Source of the DNA: Candidatus Latescibacterota bacterium
GTDB taxonomy: Bacteria > Latescibacterota > UBA2968 > UBA8231
NCBI GenBank assembly: GCA_965215195.1
Contig: CBDCDC010000002.1
Coordinates: 64,001 to 128,000, forward strand
DNA: 64,000 nt
Direction of reading: 5' to 3'
In this document: positions 1-9,454 of the stretch, one piece after another
Layout of the letters: each line of letters opens with the position of its first letter
Numbering within the stretch: the stretch's first letter is position 1
Notes under the pieces: generated by a model
What the model was told of the DNA's origin: nothing
The model's input: the letters and a program-made list of their open reading frames with translations, nothing else
Database searches by the model: none
Translations under genes and position numbers: made by a program

Positions 1-1
1 T

Positions 2-394
2 GCGGCTCAGCGCACCGGGGGCCGCGTCTTTAGTTTGGATCGGATGCCGGAAAAAACGGCGGCGGCCCAAGCCAATTTGCGCCAAGCCGGCCTAGACCCC
101 CTCGTGGAATGCTACACTGGGGAGGGGGATGCCTTTATCGCGGCTCTCCCCGAGCGGGTGGATTTTGTCTTGGTTGACTTTGGCCTGCCCGCATTTGCAC
201 CCATGTTCGCCATGCTGGAAAGCCGTCTGGTGCGCGGGGCGTTTCTCTTTGTCGATGGCTGGTCCAAAGTCGAACAATGGGACCAGAATATAGAGTGGGT
301 CGCCTTTAGAAGCCGCTTAGACGAGACGGCCGATTACCTGACCTACATCCTGCCGCTGGAAAAGTCGCACCTGATTGCCGTTAAGCTGTCCTGA
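2..394 (+). CDS. Class I SAM-dependent O-methyltransferase, 5' partial
   Basis: Frame is open from the window start (AAQRTGGRVFSLDRMPEK...). A..NL.QAGL, G+G and VDFVLVD motifs are typical of O-methyltransferases. Confidence 0.75.
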   Translation, partial: AAQRTGGRVFSLDRMPEKTAAAQANLRQAGLDPLVECYTGEGDAFIAALPERVDFVLVDFGLPAFAPMFAMLESRLVRGAFLFVDGWSKVEQWDQNIEWVAFRSRLDETADYLTYILPLEKSHLIAVKLS

Positions 395-588
395 GCGGCG
401 GGAACACTCCGCGCCGCTGTCTGGGTGCTCGCGCTCGAAAGCGAGGCGTATGTCGAGCACGGAGTGTTTGCCCGCGGCGATACAGCCACGTCGCGGCTGC
501 TTGATGGCCTTAGCGTGGATGTAGGTGCGGTGTTCGACGCCCCGGAGCGTTAGGGGTCAGGCCGCAGTGCTTGCGACCCGCCTTGGCG

Positions 589-2385
589 CTAAAAAGGGTT
601 TAAGCGGCTCCAGAAGCTCCGCTTCTCCGAGCCGCCGCTCTGCTGCGCCGAGCTGCCGCGATTGGCCAAGTAGCGGTCGAGGTTCTCATTCCCGGTGGGT
701 TGGATCACTTCTATGGTGCCGTAGATGCCGCCCATGTTCATCCCGTCGTACACCCACACGGCGACCGCGTTCTGGCCCTTGTAGGTGACCGCCTCGCTGA
801 TATCGAGGATGAAAGGGGTATTCCAACCGTAGTGTTCCCCCACCAAGGTGCCGTTGACGTACACCGAGGCGTTGTTATCCACGCCGCCGAAGGCCAGATG
901 TACAGGGCGGCCCTCGTCCGCATCCACCTCAATCTGGGTTCGGTACCAAGCGGCCTCGTCGTAGCCGACGTAGCCCTGATCCTCCCAAGCCCGCCCGATG
1001 TCGATATCAAACCAATTTGAATCGTCGAAATCTGGGGCGGCGTAGGCGCGGTGCCGCTGCGGATGCTCGCTCTCATCGAGGCGGAACTTCCACTGCACGG
1101 GCACCGCGGCCACCTTTTTATAGGCGTAGGGAATGTGCGGCGGCCGGTGAGCATAGTGTCTATAACGCTCGCCGCTGGTGAAGTGGGCCTTGAAAACCGG
1201 CCAGCCACTCCCTTCCAAGATCGCCAAGCGCCCGCCTCGGTTGGCGGCAAAGTTGTCTGTCGCCACCTCGTCCGTGGGTTGATGCACATTGATCAGGCCG
1301 TACACGCCGCCCATTAACATCCCGTCGTACACGTACAGCGCCACCGTATTCTCGCCGTCGCGCACCACTTGGTCGCTGATATCGAGGATGAAAGGCCGGT
1401 CCCACGCGTAGTGTCCGCCGACCCATTGGCCGTTGACGTACACATAGGCATCCTTATCCACCCCGCCGAAAGCCATGAGCACCGGCCGGTCCGCCTTCGC
1501 GTTCACCTCAATCCGGGTCCGATACCAAGCCCCCTTGTCGTAGCCGCCATAGCCCTGATCCTCCCAAGCCCGCCCAATGTCGATAGTATCCCAGTCCGCA
1601 TCGTCGAAGTCTGGGGCGGCGTAGGCGTGGTGCCGCTGCGGATGCTCGCTCTCATCGAGGCGGAATTTCCACTGCATGGGCACCGCGGCCACCTCTTCAT
1701 AGGCGTAGGGGATCACCGGAGGCGTGTAGGCGTAGTGGTAGTATTGCTGCTCCAATCCGCGCTCTAAGAAGTGCTGCTGTGCGACCTGCGCTAGCCGTTG
1801 TGCGGTCTGCCGCTCGGCCTGCTTCATCCGTCGTTGGGCGGCCTCTAACTGTCGGCGCATCTGCTCGTGGCTAAGTGCCGAGTCGAGCCTATTCATCGCA
1901 TCCTGCATTTTGCGCACCCACTCTTCCCTCAACGAGTCGGCACCGACGATCAACGAGGGCCACTGCTTGGACTGTTGTAGGAGGGATTGGATCTCGAATG
2001 CAGAGGCAGTGAGGTGAGATGGCCTCTCTAGCGTGGCCTCGCGCCGGTGGGTCGATGCCAAGCGTTGTGCTGCTTCCGCCCGCACCTGTGGCTGCCCGGG
2101 ATGCTCGTCGATCACCTCTTCGTAGGTCTGGCGCGCCTGTGCTAGCCCTATCTTCTCTTGGCACACCCCGATGCGTAGCTGGGCCCGGGCCGCCATCTTC
2201 TCGTCCCCCTTGCCCTTCTCGTGCGCCGCAATCACTTGCTTATAGAGGCGAATGGCCTCCTCCAAGTTGCCCTCGCCTTTCTCCTGCATGAGGGCCGCCT
2301 GATACGTTTCCTCCACGCTGCTGGCCAGCAGGCTGCTGGCACTCAGCAATGCGCAACTGAGAAAAATCGCAATAACGCGCTCCAT
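589..2385 (-). CDS. Secreted protein: TPR-like N-terminus, coiled coil, two tandem galactose-binding-like (GH2 N-terminal type) domains
   Basis: Signal peptide and GGAGG RBS. Two ~193-aa repeats carry WKF..D, FDD..W..I, WYR, L.FGGVD, VYVNG..VG.H, PF..DIS and G.N..AV.V. Confidence 0.8.
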   Translation of the reverse strand: MERVIAIFLSCALLSASSLLASSVEETYQAALMQEKGEGNLEEAIRLYKQVIAAHEKGKGDEKMAARAQLRIGVCQEKIGLAQARQTYEEVIDEHPGQPQVRAEAAQRLASTHRREATLERPSHLTASAFEIQSLLQQSKQWPSLIVGADSLREEWVRKMQDAMNRLDSALSHEQMRRQLEAAQRRMKQAERQTAQRLAQVAQQHFLERGLEQQYYHYAYTPPVIPYAYEEVAAVPMQWKFRLDESEHPQRHHAYAAPDFDDADWDTIDIGRAWEDQGYGGYDKGAWYRTRIEVNAKADRPVLMAFGGVDKDAYVYVNGQWVGGHYAWDRPFILDISDQVVRDGENTVALYVYDGMLMGGVYGLINVHQPTDEVATDNFAANRGGRLAILEGSGWPVFKAHFTSGERYRHYAHRPPHIPYAYKKVAAVPVQWKFRLDESEHPQRHRAYAAPDFDDSNWFDIDIGRAWEDQGYVGYDEAAWYRTQIEVDADEGRPVHLAFGGVDNNASVYVNGTLVGEHYGWNTPFILDISEAVTYKGQNAVAVWVYDGMNMGGIYGTIEVIQPTGNENLDRYLANRGSSAQQSGGSEKRSFWSRLNPF

Positions 2386-2462
2386 GATGGACCTCCTCGT
2401 TTAGGTGGGTGAATGCGCGGTTGTGCGCTCGCCTTGGAACCTAAACATCGGCGCTGTCCGAG

Positions 2463-2482
2463 TTGTCATGGTTTTGTCATGG
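2463..2482. promoter_or_regulatory. OmpR/PhoB-type direct-repeat binding site (TTGTCATGG x2)
   Basis: TTGTCATGG at 2463 and 2474 (11-bp period, Pho-box-like), ~80 bp upstream of the 2385 start codon. Confidence 0.55.
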
Positions 2483-2718
2483 ATGTGCAAAAAGGTTGTA
2501 CTTGCGGACTCGCCCCGTCGGCGTTGGCAATCTCTTTAACCGTTGTTACGCAGCCTTTGTCCCTAACCTTACTACACGACACCAGCCCTCAGCCTGCCAA
2601 GGATCGAGGGCATCTTGCCCTCGGCGAGGGCGGGACGCCCTCGATCCCGCACCCATCGGTAACAGCAGAAAAGGCGTACTCAAAGTAAGGGGCGCCTACT
2701 TTAGGGGTCGGGTACTAA

Positions 2719-3381
2719 GGTCCCTACATTGAGCAGTACGGCCTGCCCATCTACTCCAACGTCATCTATCTGCGTCCCGACGCCGGCCGCACCGATCCGG
2801 GGTATTATCTCCAAGAGCGGCACGGCTACCGCGTGCTGGTGCAGTACAAGGTGATTCGGCTGATTGACATAGCCGGCCAAGGCATTCTCGCCGAGGAGCA
2901 TCCGGGCTTGATCCCTTTCGCGCCGTTGATGCAGCGACCGGCCGATGTGGATGCGGAAGCATGGTTGCGCCAGTGTATAAGCCGGGCGCAAGCGATGCCC
3001 ATGGACGAGACCCTCAAGGCCAATTACCTAGCCGATCTTGCGATTTTGAGCGGATTGGTGTATAACTCAGAGACCATTATGACCATCATCTCGGAGGAGA
3101 CCATGTACGAATCGTCAGTAGTGCAGTATTTCACGGAAAAGGCCCTTGAGCAAGGCATTAAGCGAGGCATTGAGCAAGGCATTGAGCAAGGAGGCCGAGA
3201 ACGCGCCATTGAAGCCCTGCTTGATGTGCTAGAGATTCGCTTTGCGCTGGCCGCGTCGGATCCGTTGGCTGACCGCGTTGGGGCCATTGACGATGTGCAG
3301 CGTCTCAAGCAGTTGCATCGGGCGGCTATACACGTGCCCAGCCTCGAAGCCTTTAAGAACCTGTTAGATGCCGCCGAGTAG
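2719..3381 (+). pseudogene. 5'-truncated Rpn/YhgA-like (recombination-promoting nuclease/putative transposase) gene
   Basis: Homologous-looking sequence (YGLPIYSNVIYLRP) starts right after an in-frame stop at 2716, with no start codon. C-terminus has ESSVVQY, GIEQ repeats and L.VLEIRF. Confidence 0.6.
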
Positions 3382-3402
3382 GGCACTGCGTAACGTCAGT
3401 CT

Positions 3403-3610
3403 TTAATATGATTTGGTCGGCATCTCGATATACTGATTTGTCTTGGATGGCAAAAAAGCACCGTTCGATCTCCTTGAGCACAGCCGCATCGCAATATACC
3501 ATGCCACAGTGAAGGCAGGCTTCGACCGGGGCGTTGGGCACGGGTGGCTGTAAAGGTAGTCGATGCGCCGATCTTGGCCTTTCTTCATGGTCTCGCGCTC
3601 CCCAGCTCAT
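3403..3610 (-). pseudogene. Degenerate YgiT/MqsA-type zinc-finger antitoxin-like gene
   Basis: VPNAPVEACLHCGMVY..A.VLKEIE is in one frame and the C-terminal YIEMPTKSY in another; GGAGG RBS before the ATG at 3610. Confidence 0.5.
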
Positions 3611-3789
3611 AAAAACCTCCTGGGATACTGACGTTTTGAAATGTCAGAGGGATAAGGATTCAATGGACGACGGGCGGGCAACGCACCCGGCGTTGCCCGT
3701 CCCTGAGTCGGGTGAAAAAGATTGCCGGTGTGAAGAATGGGGCCTACTCTTTTTTGTAGGTTGAGCACCCAACCTTCAGATCCCAGAGC

Positions 3790-4046
3790 GTTCCACCGAC
3801 TCCGGGCCAGGACCCCGCAACCTTGTTGCCGCGGGTCCTGCTGGCGTTCGCGTTCTGGTAGGTATCCGCACGCCTGACGGTGCTGCGGCCGGATACCGAG
3901 GAGGCGCTTGGAAACGGCGACGGTTTCCAAACCCAGCAGCCAGTACGGTGGTAATGCGTCTCGTATACTCCTCGCGCTCGCTACATACCGAGTCGCGGCG
4001 GAAGAGCGGGAGAGGGTAAAGCCGACTTCTTTAGAGGTCGGTGGCA
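3790..4046. other. Multi-hairpin intergenic element (structured RNA or IS200/IS605-type non-autonomous remnant)
   Basis: Inverted repeats at 3808-3840, 3861-3897, 3908-3930 and 4022-4041. Confidence 0.35.
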
Positions 4047-4727
4047 TTACTCCACAAAGCGGTATCCCACTCCATGCACCGTGAGGATGTGGCGCGGCTG
4101 AGCCGGGTCGGCCTCCAAGCGGTTGCGCAACTCGGCGATGTGGTTATCTACCGTGCGCGTGGTGGGGTACACTTCGTAGCCCCACACCTGTTCGAGGATC
4201 TGCGCTCGGGTCAGGGCGCGGCCCTCGTTTTCCCACAGGAGGCGCAGCACGCCAAATGCCTTGGGGGACAGATGCACGGCCCGGCCATCCACGGTCGCCT
4301 CGTAGCGGTCGAAGTCGATCTGCGCCGGCCCGAATTCCAGCAGCGCACCCGCGGCGGGTGCGAGCTCACCGCGCCGCAACACCGCTTTGATCCGCGCCAT
4401 GAGCTCGCGGACGCCCACTGGTTTGGTGACGTAGTCGTCGGCACCCAACTCTAGGCCCAAGACTTTGTCGACCTCTTCGCCGCGCGCCGTGAGCATGATG
4501 ATGGGCGTGGTCGCCCCCTGAGCGCGCAGACGACGGCACACTTCGTACCCGTCCATCGTGGGCAGCACCACGTCGAGCAGAATCAGGTCCGGCCGCCAAG
4601 CCAAGGCCCGCGCCAGCCCCTCGGCCCCATCGGCGGCCGCCTCGGCGGCATAGCCTTCAAAGATCAAATTATCGACCAGCACCCGGGCGATGGCCGCCTC
4701 GTCCTCTACGACTAAAATTCTAGGCAT
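4047..4727 (-). CDS. OmpR-family DNA-binding response regulator
   Basis: ILVVEDE, PDLILLDVVLP, GADDYVTKP and winged-helix TRTVDNHI...TVHGVGYRF. Start set at MPRIL, overlapping the kinase stop. Confidence 0.95.
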   Translation of the reverse strand: MPRILVVEDEAAIARVLVDNLIFEGYAAEAAADGAEGLARALAWRPDLILLDVVLPTMDGYEVCRRLRAQGATTPIIMLTARGEEVDKVLGLELGADDYVTKPVGVRELMARIKAVLRRGELAPAAGALLEFGPAQIDFDRYEATVDGRAVHLSPKAFGVLRLLWENEGRALTRAQILEQVWGYEVYPTTRTVDNHIAELRNRLEADPAQPRHILTVHGVGYRFVE

Positions 4728-6684
4728 GGGCCTTCTCCTCGCTAAGTGCCGGGAAGTACAGACGGAATACACTGCCGCCACCCGGCCGGTTGGCCGCTTC
4801 CACCCGGCCCCCATGCGCCTCGACCACGCTTTTGACTAGGGACAATCCCAATCCGGTGCCGGCAGTGCTGACCGCGTTGGCCCCCCGGTGGAATTGCTCA
4901 AAGATGCGCTCCTCCTCGCCTGCGGGTAGGCCGATGCCGCGGTCGGCCACCTCGACCACCACCTCGGCCCCGCGCTGTTCTACGGCTAGGCGGATGGCCT
5001 TGCGCTCGGACGAGTACTTGACGGCGTTGCCCAAGATATTGGCCACCGCGCCCTCCACCGCCTCTTGGTCGGCCAGTACCAGAGGCAACTCCTCGGCAAT
5101 GGCTTCCTCCACCGCAAAGCCCTCCGCGGCCAATACCCCGCCAAAGGTTTCCAGCCCAGCCCGAGCCGCGGCCCCTAGGTCGCAGGGTTGGCGCTGGTAG
5201 GTTCGGTCGCCGCGCTCAATGCGGGCGAAATCGAGCACATTATCCACCAAGTGCGACAGCCGCCGGCTCTCGTGCAGGAGGGTGGTCAGGTAGTCCTGCA
5301 TCTGCTCGGCCGATCGGTAGCGGCCCATGAGCAGGGTCTCGGCGTACATGCGAATGGACGTGAGCGGAGTGCGCAACTCGTGCGATACATTGGCGACAAA
5401 TTCGGACCGCAGGCGGGCCACCTGCACCTCGCGCCCGGCGTCGCGCAGGATCATAAGCCCACCGAGGACCACGGATACGGCCAAGGCGAAAATGCCGCCT
5501 CCCACCAGATAGTTGCGCGTGCGGTAGTACCCGGTAGCTGCGGAGGCATCGGCCGCCCAAACCCCCAGCCGCACTCGGTCCATCCAGCGGCTGGCCGACG
5601 CGGTCTCGTAGATGGTCTCCCGATGCCCAGCCACAAAGGCGGCCTCTGCGTCGGCGTCGAACAGGGCCAAGGCAAAACCCCGCTCGGCCAGCCCATCCAC
5701 CTGCTCCTGCACTAGGGCCGTCAGCGCGGCCCAGTCGAATAGAATGCCCGCTGCGCCGCCGCCTTCAGCCGCGCCTAGGTACACGAGGAAACTCGTCCCG
5801 TCGTCGCCCACTCCCGATATATAACCTTGCGCCCGGGCCGCCGCCCATTGGTCCTCCACCACAGGGCCGAAGCGCCGCGCGAAATTGAGGGACTCCTCGA
5901 TCAGGGCCAACCTCTCCAGCAGAACGGGCCGGTCCTCCATGTCCGCCAGCCGACCTTGGGCCAACGCGCGCACCTCTTGCAGGGCCTGCTGGCAGCCCGC
6001 GTAGAGGGGATAGCGGCCGGTCAGCAGTGCCTCGGCCCAAGCCATTAGGCTGGCTTGGGCTTGCTCGGGCGCAGCATAGTGCCCTAGGCGCAAGTGGCTC
6101 AGGGTAACGGGGTGGGTCCCGTCGGCGTCGAAGACCGGGCCGTAGAGGGCCACCAGCCTCTGGTGCGCCTCCGCCACTGTTGCCGCGTCCTTCCCTTTAT
6201 GGGCGCAGCGGGCGAGGGCATTGAGGGCTTCGGCTTCCTCTGCGGGACTGGCCGCCTCCTTATAGGCTTGGTGGTAGAGCTGTACGCCGCCCATCCAGTC
6301 TTGGTGGCCGAACTCGTGCGCTGCGGCCTGCTTCATCTGCGCGGTAAAGGCCGCCCGAGGCTCCCCCAAGCGCAAGGGTTGCACCGAGGGATGGCGCAGT
6401 GCCCCGGTGGGGTCGACGGCGAAAATTTGTGCAATCTCGGAAAAACCCGCGTACTGGCGTGGGTCCATTCCGCCCTCTGCGACGTATGCGGCTAGGAGTT
6501 GGGCACGGCTATTGATCAAGCGGTCGAAGGCGTCCTGCGCTAGCACGGCCTTGGAGCGCAATTCCCGGCGCACACTGTCGCGGACATCGCGCAGCGAGCG
6601 CACGCTCAAAAAAGCCAGCAGGGCGGCTGGCACGAGAATGGACAGGAAGTAGAGGATTACCCAGCGAATTCCTAGGCGCGACAT
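4720..6684 (-). CDS. Membrane sensor histidine kinase
   Basis: Two TM segments, H-box SHELRTPL, N-box NAVKYS, DRGIG and GTGLGL; TPR-like helices in the sensor region. Confidence 0.95.
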   Translation of the reverse strand: MSRLGIRWVILYFLSILVPAALLAFLSVRSLRDVRDSVRRELRSKAVLAQDAFDRLINSRAQLLAAYVAEGGMDPRQYAGFSEIAQIFAVDPTGALRHPSVQPLRLGEPRAAFTAQMKQAAAHEFGHQDWMGGVQLYHQAYKEAASPAEEAEALNALARCAHKGKDAATVAEAHQRLVALYGPVFDADGTHPVTLSHLRLGHYAAPEQAQASLMAWAEALLTGRYPLYAGCQQALQEVRALAQGRLADMEDRPVLLERLALIEESLNFARRFGPVVEDQWAAARAQGYISGVGDDGTSFLVYLGAAEGGGAAGILFDWAALTALVQEQVDGLAERGFALALFDADAEAAFVAGHRETIYETASASRWMDRVRLGVWAADASAATGYYRTRNYLVGGGIFALAVSVVLGGLMILRDAGREVQVARLRSEFVANVSHELRTPLTSIRMYAETLLMGRYRSAEQMQDYLTTLLHESRRLSHLVDNVLDFARIERGDRTYQRQPCDLGAAARAGLETFGGVLAAEGFAVEEAIAEELPLVLADQEAVEGAVANILGNAVKYSSERKAIRLAVEQRGAEVVVEVADRGIGLPAGEEERIFEQFHRGANAVSTAGTGLGLSLVKSVVEAHGGRVEAANRPGGGSVFRLYFPALSEEKAHA

Positions 6685-6787
6685 GAGGTTGGGAATTGGG
6701 AATTGAGTTCACCTCGTTGCCGTGGCCTACTAGACAAGTTTGGTCCGGTGGCCTGTGCTTTTCGTCTCGGCATAGCGGCGATTCGTT

Positions 6788-8227
6788 TTAGACGATGCTG
6801 GCTCGCAGCCATGCTCGGTAGGCCAGCATGTAGGTGAGCGTGGCGAAGAAGAAGAGGCCGATGACATCGACGACCGCGTGGCGTAGCAGGGTGGTCGCCG
6901 ACATCTCCTCGGTAAAGACCGGCAGGGTGTCGGGGTCGATTTTCTGCCGCGATAGCCCTTGGGCGATGTGGATGTGCGGGCTTTTGGGATCGTCGCGGTC
7001 GAGGGTGAGCATGGTCTGCTTGAACTGCTGGACGTAGATGCGCACCTGCTCGACAAAGCTTTTGTGGCGCGCCAGTCCGGTGCCGGCGAGGGCCTCCATG
7101 CCGTATTGGAAGCAGCCGGTCGGCGACAAGCGCACGATGTGGCGGGCTTTTTCGACCTCCCCGAGGCTGTAAGCCAAAAATTCGTCTTCGCGGTTTTGGA
7201 GAACCCGAAGAAAGGCGTGGTCGGCCTCGGCCAACTGGCGCAATTTTTCGGGTTTTCTCAGATCGCGCCTCCGCGTATGGTTCCTAAGACTACTAATTTT
7301 CATTTTTTCTGGAGGGTTAAACTCCCACTCCATTACAACGGCCTCCCCGAATTCGCGGACCACCACGCGGGAGGCCAGCGCACCGCCAGCCGATGGCCAG
7401 AGCAACACCCCGCAGGTCCACAGCAACAGCACGCCCACCAAGCTGGAGCGCGTACTGCTGCTCCGTATCGACACCCACAGCCCCAATGCAACAAAGCAGG
7501 CCAGATACAGCAGGGCTAGGCCGACCATGCCGACCAAGCGCCCGGCCTCGACCAGACCCAAGTTTACCTGCGAGAGTGCGAGGACGATGAGTAGATTGAC
7601 GACAATGGCGAGGCTTAGGACGAGGGCGAGAGCCAACATCGCGCCGAGGAACTTGCCCAGCAGCAGGGTGTGGCGCGGCAGGCTCTGCGCCATGACCAGC
7701 TTGAGCGTGCCGCGCTCTTTTTCGCCGATGAAGGCGTCAAAGGTGAACAGCAAGGCCATGAGGCTGAGCAGGCCGCCGATGATAAAGACCCAGTCGATGG
7801 CTCGGGTCTTCATCAGTTGGCTGGCCTTGGGGGCCCAGATGCCTTCGATGTCCCAATAGATGAGTGGAAAGGGATCGTAGAACCAAGTGCCGCTGTACTG
7901 AAATCGCCAGCTCGGCGTCCACAGGCGCTCGGGCAGGGCGTCGTTGGCACCCACGGCGCAGAACATGAGGGGGCTAGGTTTTTTATAGATATAGTCCTGC
8001 CCCCCATGGACGATCAGCTTCCACAAGCCCATTTGGGCGTTGCTACGGCCGATTTCTTGCTCGGCTTGGACCTGTTCGAGATAGAGGTCGCGCCGGAACT
8101 CATACGAGCCGCCGACAAAGCTGAGGGCGTTGAGCACCATCAGCCCTACGATCAGCACGAGGGCCAAGCTGAAGCGCAGGCTGATGAGGTGATCGATCAG
8201 TTCGCGTTTTACAATGGCTGCGAGCAT
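6788..8227 (-). CDS. ABC-2-type transporter permease, type B copy 1
   Basis: I.KREL N-terminus, FDAFIGEKERGTLKLVMAQ...LLGKFLG motif, multiple TM helices and large extracytoplasmic loops. Confidence 0.88.
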   Translation of the reverse strand: MLAAIVKRELIDHLISLRFSLALVLIVGLMVLNALSFVGGSYEFRRDLYLEQVQAEQEIGRSNAQMGLWKLIVHGGQDYIYKKPSPLMFCAVGANDALPERLWTPSWRFQYSGTWFYDPFPLIYWDIEGIWAPKASQLMKTRAIDWVFIIGGLLSLMALLFTFDAFIGEKERGTLKLVMAQSLPRHTLLLGKFLGAMLALALVLSLAIVVNLLIVLALSQVNLGLVEAGRLVGMVGLALLYLACFVALGLWVSIRSSSTRSSLVGVLLLWTCGVLLWPSAGGALASRVVVREFGEAVVMEWEFNPPEKMKISSLRNHTRRRDLRKPEKLRQLAEADHAFLRVLQNREDEFLAYSLGEVEKARHIVRLSPTGCFQYGMEALAGTGLARHKSFVEQVRIYVQQFKQTMLTLDRDDPKSPHIHIAQGLSRQKIDPDTLPVFTEEMSATTLLRHAVVDVIGLFFFATLTYMLAYRAWLRASIV

Positions 8228-8257
8228 GGGGAAGCCTCCTTCTTTGGAGTCAGCGGA

Positions 8258-8379
8258 TTAGATGAGGTTGAACAGAAAGTTCTGCTCTGGAGGTATAACC
8301 TATAGCTATCGCCTTCCTAGTCTACGCACGCCGACTGGGCGAACCAAGCGGCGATTAGGGCGAAATACAAAGTTTTCAT
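8258..8379 (-). pseudogene. Collapsed remnant of a FYLREGVNNP-family gene
   Basis: Retains the start (MKTLYFALIAAWFAQSACV), a middle piece (DSYRLYLQ) and the 3' end of the 17920..18735 paralog in only 122 bp. Confidence 0.85.
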
Positions 8380-8410
8380 CGGTACACCTCTTCTGGGTTT
8401 GGGTTGGGTT

Positions 8411-8448
8411 GCCCCGGAATAGCGGCGATTAAGCCACTATCCCGGGGC
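8411..8448. repeat. Cassette intergenic stem-loop GCCCCGGAATAGCGGC-N6-GCCACTATCCCGGGGC
   Basis: Imperfect inverted repeat; further copies at 9366, 12047, 18767 and 29142. Confidence 0.8.
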
Positions 8449-8515
8449 GGGTTAGGGTTGGAGGAGAGGGCGAGTGGCCTAGACCAGTTTCTTTTTTTGC
8501 TCCGTTGGGATTGGC

Positions 8516-9334
8516 CTAGATGTAACCGAACAGAAAATACGGCGTCCCGATGCAGTAAACGAGCTCTACATGGCGCCACATAGCCTTGTCTGGATCCCAA
8601 GCCATGCGGAAGAAGAACGGGATGTGCGCCATTTCGAGGGCGGCGAACTCCTCGGGCTCTTCGACGATGAACATGACCTCGACAAAGGTCTGCGGTTTGC
8701 CCGCTTGGAGGTGCTCTTGGACCTCGCTCTTCATTTTGGAAAATCTGCCCGATACTTCCGTGGGTGGAAGCAGGCCGCGCTCCCTGAGGGACTCGGAATA
8801 AGGGCTGTACTCGGCCTGCCTCTCGGACACCTCAAACGCGCTGTCGAAAAAGGATACCTTTCCGAAGTAGTAATCGTATTCATTCTTGTCGAGGAGTTGC
8901 CGGTGTCCCGCTTTGAGGATGTCAAAAGGCGTCTCGCCTTTTAAGAGGCCCTCGCTTGCAAGCCGGTTTTTCAACTCCTCTATCGCTTCGGGGTTATTGA
9001 CGCCCTCGCGGAGGTAAAACGCGGCGGCGAGGCTGTCGCTACTCGAAACCGAAAAGGCGACTAAGAGATCGTAGAGGTAGGTGCGCAGATCGGCTTCTTG
9101 CTCGGGAGTGATGGGAGTGTCCCCCTCGACGGGGATGGCCGCGATGGCCTGCTGCAGCTCGTCCCCGGCCTCGACGTTTATCATCTCCAAGCTGTTGACA
9201 TAGTCGTGAAAGGCTTGGAGAGAGACTTGCCAGTTCTCGTCCCAGGAGTAGCCGCCGTACTGGGCTTTTGGCTCGGCAGCGGCACTGGAGGCGGCGAACC
9301 AAGCGGCGATTAGGGCGAAATACAAAGTTTTCAT
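8516..9334 (-). CDS. Secreted uncharacterised protein, FYLREGVNNP family paralog 1
   Basis: Signal peptide; shares the YGG, LVAFS.S.SDSLAAAFYLREGVNNP, SFFDSA, EEPEEF and W..E..MWR.VE blocks with 8 paralogs. Confidence 0.9.
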   Translation of the reverse strand: MKTLYFALIAAWFAASSAAAEPKAQYGGYSWDENWQVSLQAFHDYVNSLEMINVEAGDELQQAIAAIPVEGDTPITPEQEADLRTYLYDLLVAFSVSSSDSLAAAFYLREGVNNPEAIEELKNRLASEGLLKGETPFDILKAGHRQLLDKNEYDYYFGKVSFFDSAFEVSERQAEYSPYSESLRERGLLPPTEVSGRFSKMKSEVQEHLQAGKPQTFVEVMFIVEEPEEFAALEMAHIPFFFRMAWDPDKAMWRHVELVYCIGTPYFLFGYI

Positions 9335-9454
9335 CTAGATACCTCTTCTGGGTTTGGGTTGGGTTGCCCCGGAATAGCGGCGATTAAGCCACTATCCCGG
9401 GGCGAGTTAGGGTGGAGGGGCGAGTGGCCTAGAGTAGCCGCTCCGGAAGGGTGG

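Noticed and set aside
3144-3195. 12-bp GAGCAAGGCATT tandem repeats as CRISPR or VNTR
   Set aside because: These are in-frame GIEQ coding repeats typical of Rpn-like proteins, with no spacers.
8400-8460. Repeated hairpins as integron attC sites
   Set aside because: No matched RYYYAAC...GTTRRRY pair on one strand, no integrase, and the cassettes carry their own promoters.
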